This document shows positions 13,701 through 25,700 of a DNA stretch of 64,000 nucleotides, piece after piece. The notes below the pieces were generated by a model. It searched no databases, was not told the origin of the DNA, and saw nothing but the letters and a program-made list of their open reading frames with translations. Position numbers and translations under genes: made by a program. The stretch spans positions 372,001 to 436,000 of the forward strand of contig NMRA01000148.1 in assembly GCA_002633005.1 (NCBI GenBank), read 5' to 3'. Source of the DNA: Phoronis australis (taxonomy: Eukaryota > Animalia > Phoronida). How positions within the stretch are numbered: the first letter of the stretch is position 1; every line of letters begins with the position of its first letter.

Positions 13701-16700
13701 CATTGCTTATATAAAGTGAAACAAAGTCGACTGCCTCATTAGATACAATTTGTAATGCCTTTGGAGTATTCGTGAGAGCAAATGTTCTGAGAAACCAGCA
13801 ATGAATAAACCATTGCGTTACTGGCTTTGGATTGACCGGGCCAACCGAGGCCGTGAGAGCGCATGCTAATTCAGTGTTTACTGACAGAAAGCTGTTGTGA
13901 GACAATAACTCGATTTTATATGCTATGGTCACATGTTAAGGGAATCTTTATTTAGATACAGAAATGTATTATTCAAATCATTGTTACTGTACAACCTTTG
14001 CCCTGACGGTTCTGTGGAAGGGGAACCTGACTTTGTGGCCCCTGACAAGTAAGTAGATTTTCAGTTTCGTCGCTAATTCACATAAATAGTTACATGCACA
14101 TTATTTCTTTGGCTCACTATTATAACAGTCTTTTCGTGACTGGAGGTTTAGTTTCCAACTTAAGCTGGTTTATGTTCGTGATGTCCAGTCCCGGCGGCCG
14201 CCATACCGCGAATAATACGCTTAAAGGAAGATATGCCAGAATTTTCACCGCTCATCCTGAGCTGCTTTTACCAGAATCAAAGAGAGCATGGTGCCGGAGT
14301 CGCGTACAGTTGTGGTGACCGCATTGCCCGATGCGAGCAAGACCCAATTAAGTGTAATTACACGACCATAAACTGTATTAAACATCTCTGACTGTACATA
14401 ATGGCGAATTTTCAAAATGCATTAACCACTAATTTTCGTTACAAATGAACACCACAGCGGTATTCAGCTGGAAAAAAAACAACCAAGTACGGTTTTTGAT
14501 TTTTAAAAATCGATGAACTTATAACCTAAAAACTACAACCATAGGGTACGATGAGATACTACCGTGTATTGATATACTCGATGGATATACAAATGCTGAT
14601 CAGAGTTAACATGGATTCATTTTTTAATATTCTTTCAAACTCATTTAATCAGATTTTGACCAGGAAACAGTTGTACTTAACTTGTGCCCACTTTTCATTT
14701 TTATGCTGTCATCTCTGTCCGTGCGTCCAGCATCCACTGCTCTATCTCCAAAATGCCTTGACGTATGTTCATGAAATTTTGCACGTGTGTTCCTTCTGTG
14801 GATGGGACGGCATGAGCGAACTTTCGGACAGATCCGACTACCAGTGTGCCCCCTAGTGGCTATTTTAGTTTTTTATGCGCCCACATATTTATATGCGGAT
14901 GCATAATGCCGTCATCTCCGTCCGGGCAGCGTCCGTCCGGCATCCGCTGCTCTATCTCCAAAACCCCTTGACATACCTTCATGAAATTTGGCATATATGT
15001 TCCATTCATGAATGGAACAGCATGAGCGAACTTTCAGACGGATCCGACTACCAGTGTGCCCCCTAGTGGCAATTTTTTTTTTTTTTGCGTCCACCCCTCT
15101 ATCAACCAAACCGCTCAAAGGATGATTGTGAAAATTGGCATGTATTTGTTTACTATGAAGAGGACTGTTGGCTATGATTTTCCGACGATTTCGAGTACTG
15201 TGGCGCCTCCTACTGGCAGTTTTGTTTTTTTTTGCGCCTATGGCTGTATCTTCTAAACCCTTCGCAGGATCTTTACAAAATTTAGTAAGTATAGTTATAT
15301 GATGTTAACAACGGACGATGACGACTTTTGGACAGATCCGACTACCGGTGTGCCCCCTAGTGGCAGTTGTATTTTTTTACGTTTACCTTTGTATCTTCAA
15401 AAGTCCTTAACGGATTTTCATGAAATTTAATATGTTGGCACCTATTAGTGAGATGGCACTATCCTCCCGTTCTCGGATGGATTTGACGTAGTTTGCAACA
15501 CCTAGTGGCCATTTTTACTGTTTTCGAGTCTGTTCTTTTGCGTCCACCTAACCGCTCAAAGGGTGATTGTGAAAATTGGCATGTATGTGCTTACTATAAA
15601 GAGGACGGTTCACTATGATTTTCCGACGATTTCAACTACTGTGGCACCTCCTACTGGCAGTTTGGTTTTTTGCGTCTATGGCTGCATCTCCTAAACCGTT
15701 CGCAGGATCTTTACTTAATTTAGTAAGTGTATTTATGTGATGTTGACTACGGATGACGACGACTTTCAGACAGATCTGACTACTGCTGTGCCCCCTAGTG
15801 TCAATTTTAGTTTTTAACGTTTAACTCCGTATCTTAAAAGGTCCTCAACAGATTTTCATAAAATTTTAAATATAGGCATCTATTGGTGTGATGATGCTAT
15901 CTGCCTGTTTTTGGATGGAATCGAGGTATTTTGCACCACCTAGTGGCCACTTTTGCTGTTTTCAAATTTTGTTTTTGGTGTCCATCCCTGTATCAACCAC
16001 ATCATTTGAAAATTGGCATACGGTATATGTTCTCAGTGTGAAGACGACCTTTGATGATGGTGACTGATTACTGTGGCGCCTCCTAGTGGTAGTTTTTGTT
16101 TTGCGCCCATAGTTGTATCTCTTAAACCCACTGCAGGATCTTTACTAAATTTAGTAAGTGTATTTATATGAAGATAACAACAGACGATGACTTTCAGGTG
16201 GATCCAGCGGACACTGTGCCCGCTAGTGGCAATTTCATTTTATTCTGTTTTCCTTTGTTTCTCGGAAGTTCCTTGACAGACTTTTATGAAATATGGCATT
16301 TTCCTGTTTTTGGATGGATTGTATGTTTTTGCGCCATCTTGTTTCCATTTTTATGATACAAATTAAAAGCACACCATTCGCAATGCATTCGATGAATTCA
16401 AGCAATAAATTGACACCAGTAAGCATGTTATGAACGGCTGAACAGACTGCATTTGAACCGATTGCATCATTAGTTAATTTCAACACCTCCGTCTGCCGTT
16501 AGGTGTCGGGTAAAACAACTGAACTTGCTGTTATCGAGTGGAACTATTTGATCTAAATTGATACAAAATAGGTTGGTTTTTGGGTGGCATTCTCCTTTAA
16601 TTATTGGTTATTGAATTATCTCATCTTCTTTCCTGTGTCCAGACCAACACTATCTAATGTTTCTTGACAACCAACAGCCAGACCGAGGATTAACTGAAGA

Positions 16701-19700
16701 TAAATTTTGATGAGGATTTTGCGTCATACAATGTCAGTTTGATGTCTCTTGACAGGTGACCTGGTCAAATGATAGAGTGACTACAGTCAGCCGCACCTTT
16801 GCTGAACTTCACAACTTTCACGTTCAGGTGAGAACTGCCATTCGTTAAGTTACACGTTACATCCAGTGCCATTACGCCTCACTTTAAGTATAAAAAGGAT
16901 GCTCTTTTAGAATGGCACAATTTATTCATGAAAAAGTGGCTTTTTTATTAGGGCATAGCTTCTGTGTTGTTAATTTATCGCCGGTCATTTCATGAGATAC
17001 GTCAAAGAGGAATTTCCTTGTTTCCACCATGATTCCAAAAGGTTAAATTTTTCCGGATTCAACTCTCCTGTTGTAGAGGTAAAAAAACAAATCGCACGAT
17101 TAACATAGTTTTCAAAAGGTAAAGCCACTAACGATTTATCACGCCTCGCATAGCTTTTCAAATTCGATTTCTGCATTGCAATTCAGTGTGCAGTAGTAAA
17201 ATGTATTGGCACCGCAACAACAAAGGCCTAACTAATTTTAATACAGTGATTAGCACAACAGAGCTGTTGTAACTTTGAGATATTACGACATTTTAGCGAA
17301 AGGGGCTCCAGAAAGCATTATGAGTAAATGCTCCAGAATCAGAGAGGGTATTTGATTATTTCTTATTTGTTCACTAGATTTAAATGAGTCCATAACATGG
17401 GTTTGTTTGCAGTTAGTGAAGCTGTTTCCAAATGAAGCTGGGGCACACAAGCAGGAGCGCAAGATACCCTATTTGCACAGTAAGTGTCAATCTGCAAAAA
17501 GCAATACGAGGACAAAGCATATGAGCTAAAGCTGTGGCTAGATAGTGACCATGATTGCACCTGACAGCCCTAACATGTTGTTGTAGTCCTGTAGCTAAGG
17601 GTCAAAGTAGGGCAAATGTGTGCAAGTTATTTAAGCACTCACCATTTTTTCCATGTGATCCCTTTGAGATGCTTTTTGAATCCTGTTATAGGACAAGCAA
17701 AGCAAGATTGACCTCAAAACCTTGATTTGCATACGTAATTGTGTCTTGGGGCTGTATTCTTAGTTTATTTTAAGTTTTCTGTATCCTTATCCTTATCCAT
17801 AAAGGCGAAGCAAACATGTTGATGTTACCTTAAAAGAAAATGCGTATCCCTGGTTACCTTTTAGAGACATTGTTCTGTGTTAATTACTGTTCGCTTGGTG
17901 AGTATGTACTATCCATGACACAATAGGAAGTGATGTCAACAGCCCAACAAAGAGCCAGTATCTTGATTCTGCATTCACTCTTGTTGCCCAAACGTGGCCA
18001 CCACACACTGTGTGTTCAATGAGTGTAGGACATGAGTGAGGATTCTGGATAATTTTAATCCGCCTATATCTGATTTTAGCTTATATCATGGAGCTTTTCG
18101 TGAAATTGTGGAATTGGAACCTATAAGAACATCTATTTTCAAGTTGGATGTCACCTTAATTGAAGTGAAACTCACAACCCGATTGGATCCAAGTTATGGG
18201 AAGTCTTCTGTATACGTAATTGCAAATCATTATTACTCTTCAATTTGGTTGTTTTTGTTACCAGGTGGCAAGTGTGGGGGTTCACCTAGTGATCATGATT
18301 CGGAGCAGAACGTGACCTATGTGGAGGAGTACACTCAGTGAGTTATTATTACACTATAGTCTCAGCTGGGATCTGTCAGGGGGCACTTGAAATGCCCCCA
18401 GTTGCTTGTTATTCAAATTAGAAGCACAGTGATTCTTCACTTAATCACCGTGCAATATGGCCGACAAGTAAAATCCTATTTGTCAAATTTTTTCGCAAAA
18501 ATTGTAAAGATTGAAGAAACTTTAGTGCATGTACTGTGTAGATGTCATGAAAACCATCTGATGAAGTAATTGGCCTTTGAAAAAGAAAAGGGCAAATTTC
18601 TTTGTATAAACAAACCCTCTTTTCTCAAGTTTTATCTCAAATTGGCCACAATCATTAGGATATTTTACTATAAGTCTACTTTTTTGAGAAAAAAATAAGT
18701 CGTGGACAATATGAGAGGGAACTTTGTACTTGTATGAAATGTGACTCTGACAGTTAAGTCATAGCGGACTGTTTGGTTCTAGAACTGTCATTCATTCTTC
18801 ATTTATTTTTCAAAGGATTAGAACTTAGTCAGCCTTACTTAGGCTAAAGAATTGTCAGCTTGTGTTTTGTGAACCCGTTTTTTATACGTGTATGTTCATG
18901 TATGTTCATGTATGTTCATGTGTGTCTATCTGTTCACACTTAAAATATTAGAGTAATGTGCACATTGAATGGATTGAGTGTTCAACCACTTGTTTTTTAC
19001 TGTAGAGCCTTGTCATCAATGCCGGAGCATCTCATTCAGTGTGGTCACGTGACAAACTTTTTTGGACCTCCACCCACTGAAGATTTGTCTGGGTTCCAGG
19101 ATTACTCTGGTAAGAAATTCTCTGTATGAAAAACACTAGGCAACTCCGATATGCTGTGTGTTACTGATGAAGTCGCATGTCGATGTCGTTTAAGCCACGT
19201 CGCCCTGTTTGGCTGGCTAAAAACAAAAATTGAAGCATGCCTTTTAGTTTTACAAAATCAGTTTTAAATTATTCTTTATCATGATAGGACTTGTTTTCTA
19301 TTACCAAACGGACATTCAAATTCTCAACAGGTCATGTAGCGCGTCGGAAAATTGTGGATATTTTCTCTATGTCTTAAAAAAACTACAACTGTGACGTTTT
19401 CATTCATTTCAGATCTGGCTGGAGAACATTACGGTAGTGCACCACCTGTTGTCCCCCTTCAGTATTACAATTCTTTAGTAATACCTGTTCTGCATGGTGA
19501 GTAAGGAGAATAAAGAGAATGATCACATTTCAGTTAAATCTGTATTGCATCCTGTTTAGTTTATCAAAAAAGTGAAATTGAATTGAAGTCTTGTACTCAT
19601 AAAGTCAGTCTTTTTGAGTCGGTCTAATTTTTCTTGTGGTGATAAATTTTCATTTAAATTGCCATTAAGGGCATTGAAACCATCAGCGACTCAAGAAAAC

Positions 19701-22700
19701 ATTTCAAGTTTTATTGGAGTAGTCTAACCCTACAATTGCGAATTCAGAATGTGATGCATGTACGCATTGCCTGTGCCTTTAGTTGGTAATGGAAATAAAA
19801 TCCAACCACGGTAGGGAATGTTGAGACTGATTTTATGAGAGTAAAAAGAATTTGTTTTATTTTTGCCAGCTAAATAAGGGCTGTTCCAGTAAAATCCGTG
19901 TGGGGGGGGACGGCAGTAGAAATAAAAATTCATGGGTGGTGGTCTTCAAAAAAAACTCAAATTATGGGTGGTCGTTCCTTTAAGAAGTGATGCATTAAAA
20001 ATGGTGGTATTTTTTGTCCTGTTAATGTTGACAGGTTGGTTACTTCAGCTGTCAAAACTCTAAAAAATGCAATTGGCATAAATCCTAACTTATCCCAATA
20101 CAAAAAAGCCCATGTTGCCAATGAACAGAGTGCAATATGTTCACTAAGCCATTAATCAAGTTATGGGCAACTTGATTTGAGCCAACTGTTTTTCTGCAGT
20201 CCTATTGGATTGAAAAGTTATGCAACACTAAACTGGTGTCAACACATATAAGAAAATTGATGATTTTTAAATAAAAAGTATGAGGAGTAAGATAAACAAG
20301 TTCCAATATTCACTTGACATAGAAGTATAAAAGAGTGCGTGGAGATAGTTTGAGATTCATAGATCCTTATAATTGAAAAAATGTTCATTGAAATTATAGA
20401 CATATGGTGAACAGAGACACCTGGTGGCTGCCAAAAGTATTGCTCACAGGCTACTTTAGTTTTTGACAATATTGGACAAGACAACTAGTTCTTGTCTGTC
20501 AATCATCTAAGTTCTTAACAGGTCTTCCTGGAGGCAATTTGTTTGCAAGTGTTGATTTTATATTTTAACCTATTAAAAATAATTAAAAAATTGTGGGTCA
20601 TGAGTTGGAGAAATAAATGAAAAATATGGGCGGTGGGTACGAAATAAAAGTGCCTTCCCCCCTCCCATACAGATTTTGCTGGAACAGCCCTAAGGCAAAA
20701 TACAGCTTTAAATCTGTAATTATCATCACCAAGTCGTCAGGTTATGCCAGTTGAATTTGCATCGTACATTTTGTAAAGAAGTATTTAAGGCATGCGTCAC
20801 CCGATTAAATTTGGATGCAACACTGATTACTTTTGGATGATGCAGAAAATGATTGCTGATGTGCTTCTGACGTGACTGGTCCATAATTCTCTTTCTATTG
20901 TCATTTTCTATTGTATCTGTGCATTAGTCGCACTCATGTTGACTTTTCATTTCGTATACAGGTGGGTTCGTCGGCAGTCATCCACCTCACATGGCGGCAA
21001 CAAACATTGTGAACGCAGTAACTACAAATCACAAGTAAGAATGTGGACCTGCTATCTTCTCATTTGGTTTAAGTACTTAGCGGACCGTTTTGCTAGCAAA
21101 ACATTTTATGACTTTCTTACTACTTTAAACAAAAACGGAATTGGTAAATGATTTTTTATTTGTTGACCTCACTATGTACCTTGTAAAGTAAAGCTGCAGA
21201 AAATTAGTTTTGATTTAGACCTCTGTGTGTTGTGAAACCGACCGTGACTTGCTCCTTACTCAAATTGGTACTGGGCTGGGCTAGAACTGACAGTTCATTA
21301 TTGCTTGAAGCCACGCTCTGAACATCAAGTTATCTGCTTGAAGCCACGCTCTGAACATCAAGTTATCTGCTTGAAGCCACGCTCTGAACACCAAGTTATC
21401 TGCTTGTCCAGGTCTTCTCAAGTTCAGCAATCTCTTTGGATTTGAGTAAGGAACAATTCGAGACCAATGTGATAACTCTATGTGGTCTAAATGAAAAGTT
21501 AATATCAGGTGAAAACATTCGATGGCTGGAGAGTTGGTTGGAATTGTCCTCTTTTAAGAGGATTTCCTCTGTTTTGGTTTCAATTTCCTCTTAATTGATT
21601 TCCAGTTTCCTCTTTTTTCGTTTGTTTTTATCATTATTTTGACTTCATTCATGCTAAGCGTTTATTTCTGTCAGTTAAATTTTACAACACAAAAAATATT
21701 TTTATCACACCAGCCTGTGGAACAATACATCACCTGGAAAATTTTCCTCTTTTTTGTTGTTGGTCATTCCAAGCCCTGGTTGGATTATTTTCCTCTTGTA
21801 TGTTGAAATCTTCCTCTGAAATGATAACTCAGTTTACTTTACTTTGTTATAGATTGGCATACACCCACAAGCTGGCCGTTGAACCCACGTCGCAGTGCTC
21901 ATCCCTACCTTCACCTCTCTCCTCACCCCAGGAGACGCCCTCTCCCCCCTCCATCAGTGATTCTGGCCAGCAGGTCCGTGACTGGCTGACCAGCGTCCAC
22001 CTGAGCAAGTACTCTCCTCATCTGACCAAGTTTAGCATGCAAGAGGTAAGACTTGAATCGCATGTCAGGTTTTGTGAAGTGATATACTGCCATGAATGAA
22101 TTTAAGGTAATGGGCTTCATTACCAGGAATAGAATTTTACCAATTTACCTAAACATCATTCAACAAAGAATGGACTCACCGGAGACAGCCCAAGAGTTGT
22201 TATCTCTGCGACGAAGGATGTTAAAGTTGAGTTTCCGATGAGTTGCCAGCAGTCACTGGTACGGTGCGCGGCTTTAGATGCTCTGCGGCTGGGTTAAAGA
22301 TCTTTTATAGGCCTAACTATCCCCAATTCCCGTACCAGGATGAATTTCAAAAATAACTTGACTTGGCTGCGTCAGATGTGATATGCGACGTTGATGTTGA
22401 AATTGCGCCATATTTTTTATGTTGATTTCCTTTGTTGGTTTATAATTCATATATTGCAATGTAGGCATCCGGGGGAGGCTTGGATGTACTTGTGACTGTA
22501 GAGTCGTCAAAATTTATCCATTCCCATGCTGACGATTTAACACAGCATGTATAATGACCACCCGTCGTCTTTCTTCCATGGTGTTCAATGACTGCTTTTA
22601 TTTTGTAGCCGGAGAGGTCATACGAGGAAATCTTTGTGTTGATTTTTTCACCATTAGTCGCGGTTCGTAAGATATGAATACAAAGGTATTTTGGCGGTTT

Positions 22701-25700
22701 TACTAATGACCATGTGAGCTGGCCACTGAGACTATTACAGTGTGGGCAACTAAAGTCCTCGATGTCCAACGACGTCCACAAGCTGTGCCACAACTCCTGC
22801 ATAGTTATTTCTTTCCTTAGCGTTGGGAGGTAGACGGTCAACTCCCAGTCTATCTGTGTTTTTTCCTTTGTTGTTGTGCAGTTATTACAGCTCCTAGTTT
22901 GCTTCTTCACGTGTTGGAAGGTACTAGTAACCTCAGACGTTACATTATCAGCGTTGTGAGCAAGTGTGTCAACGTGCCATTGGTTCAGTAACCATAGTAA
23001 AAATTCATGGGCATCCTGTTGACTTCCGTTGCCAAGAGAGTTGTTCTGTAATCTTAGTTTATTCAAAATTTCAGACGGAGTTGATGTATACCTTTTAGTT
23101 GCTTCATATGTGTTCACAAGGATGGTTTTCATATTGTTTTTCTTGTTGATATTGTATTTGTGCCAGTTGAGGTTGCATGAAAAGATAGCTTGAAGTGTAG
23201 AGTTCACAAAACACGTGTTTCCAACATTGCAAAGACCAAATCTTTTATCTTTTGTTGATTTTTCGTTTGTCTTCCTTGATATCGGGGATGACGAAGTAGC
23301 TAATTGTGTTTCAATCTTGGGCTTAGAAATGTTGCAGAGTTGCCATTCTGTAAATTGCTTGTTATTTCTTGATAAATATATTGTATAGCTACATCTAAGA
23401 GCTGTCTGAGATGCCGTTTGGTATGCTTGTTTTTTGATTTCTTTGGGGACCTCGAGGAAATTCATTAGCTTCTTTAATGATTTGTAGATGAAGCCTCTAC
23501 TTCCAACTTCAACAGGGAACAGAACTGTTTGCCATCCTGCGTTTTTACATTCTTCGACGAGATTTGTATATTTCATTCTTTTTCTCAGGTGTGCTGATTC
23601 CATATTGTCTTCTGCTGGTATTGTAAGTTCTATTAAAACTGCTATTTTTGCCTGAATTGACCATAACACAATGTCAGGTCTTAATGCCGAATCTGTTATT
23701 TCAGATGGGAATATAAGAGGCGTTTCTGTACAATCTTTAATTAGTTTCCAATCGTTGGTCTTGGCTAGGAAGTGGGTCTGTTCTTTGAATTTCGGCTCTG
23801 TTCTGTTATTGTCGAAGTACAAACCGTTCTTTGACTTAAATCTGATTGCTGTTTCAGTTATAGGCTTTGGAGGGTGTTGAACTACTACATTGATAGCATC
23901 AAATATTATTGCTAGGACTTGGTCATGTCGCCAAGTGTAGCGACCGTTATTTAATGCTACTGTGCAATTGTTGAGGATGTGGTGAAGAGTGCCTTTAGCT
24001 GTTCTGCAGAGGTTGCAACGTTCAGAAGGCGATTGTTTCCATAAATGTAAATTTGCTGGTGTTGGAAGTACGTCGTGTATGGCATTTAACCTAAATGCCA
24101 AGAGAGATGGATTCCATGCATAAAGACTCTTGCTCCAGGATACATCAAGTGACATAACTACATCCCATCTGAGCCATAACCCTTGTTTGGCACAGCTATA
24201 CAGATATAAGAGTGCTTTGTTTTCGTCGACTTCCTTTATACGTTTCGTTATAGATGCTCTATGTTCCTTGGTTGTCATGTTCTTGACGAATTTTCTATTA
24301 TTGGTGTTATAACCCAAACCTTTCCTGTCATTATGACTTATCGAATTACAAATTTCATTCAGAACTATATCCCTTTCTCTCTCTTCGAGTTCTTTTATGC
24401 CATTCCACCGTTTTGACGTGAAAAATTGTTTAACTTTACCCATATAAAGTTTCCTTGCTTCAGGGTCGTTCGCATATTTGTTGATGTGAAACTTGACCAC
24501 TTGCATCTTCTTTAGATGGGTTGTTAGGCTAGTCATGCCTAAACCAAGATGCTCTTTGGATCTGTAGAGAACTGTGTTAGTTGACATTTTACTGATTCCA
24601 AGCCATTGTTTCAGATATTTTGTGCATATACGTTCAAGTTTTTTAGCGAAACTCAGTGGGAAGTCATACACTGTAAATTCCCAAGTAATCCTTGGAACCA
24701 CACCGTTGTTGTAGATCCATGCTTTAGTTGGACCATTAGTGCTGTCTTTGTCGAGAATTTCCAGCAAAGTATTCAATTTTGTCTCAAGTTTATTCCTTAT
24801 TTCCGTGTCTTTCAGATTTTTGAATATCGTTTTCCCAAGGAATTTCATTGGTTCTTGATGGATGTAGGGCATTTTTGTATTCTGGATTGACATTTGAGGA
24901 TCATACGGTTGGAATGTTGTTCCTCCACGAAATGCAAGTGATTTACATTTGCATGGCTTAGCTTTCATTGTGCGACTCCACGTGAGAAACTGCTCCAGTT
25001 TTTGAATCATTGATTGACAGTCTTTCGGGTTTGTAGCAATAATAGTGAGGTCGTCAGCATACACTAATTGGTGGAATGTTTGTTTGGTGAATTTAAGTTT
25101 GTAACCATTTTGTTTCTCTTTGTCGATCATCTCTAGGCCCAAGTTGAAGGCTGCGAGGAAAAGTACGACAGACAAAGGGCATCCCTGGAATAAGCCAATA
25201 CTGTAACGTATCCAGTTGGTTGTCCACTCTTTAGTTCGTATTCGTACGAATAATTCATCGTAGTACGCGTATATTATTTGTTTGATCGCTTCTGGTACAT
25301 GATACCTGTCAAGTGCGAATTGGATGAGGTTGTGGGATACTGAACCATACGCGTTAGCCAGGTCAATCCAAGCAACGCTAAGTGGTTTATTTCTTTTTTT
25401 TGCATCATTTAGTATGCTGGAGAGAGTCTCAGTATGTTCTAGACACCCTGCTACCTTTTCCATAAATCCTTTTTGTATTGATGTATTTATGAAACCGTTG
25501 GAACAAAGGAACTTCATTAGTCTATGCGCGATTTTAGTGAAGAAGATTTTCCCTACTGTGTTAGTTAACGTGATTGGACGAAACATGAATGGGTCTTTAA
25601 GATTTGTGTCCTTGGGAATTAATAAGCGTTAATAACAGACCCAAAAACCACATATTCTTAAAATTGTGAATAGTCACGAAATCTTGTGATGTGCACAAAA

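Larger units (their letters stand above)
13085..16596 (+). mobile_element. Kolobok-like non-autonomous DNA transposon (TTAA TSD, 13-bp TIR) with a THAP pseudogene and a nested repeat array
   Basis: TTAA|AGGAGAATGCCAC at 13081 and GTGGCATTCTCCT|TTAA ending at 16600. THAP remnant near the left end. Confidence 0.8.

Noticed and set aside
14551-16486. Several mutually similar short ORFs here and at 26025-27043
   Set aside because: They are by-products of the 146-bp tandem repeat and show no protein motifs or consistent frame.
19164-19190. CTGATGAAGTCG hammerhead-like start
   Set aside because: There is no downstream GAAA or closing stems.
21302-21406. 33-bp direct repeats resembling a CRISPR array
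   Set aside because: The repeats are contiguous with no spacers and lie in a eukaryotic intron, so this is a minisatellite.
22440-23240. Treating the USP region as a separate nested host deubiquitinase gene
   Set aside because: It is in frame with the RLE with no stop, is intronless in an intron-rich genome, and has no evident start of its own.
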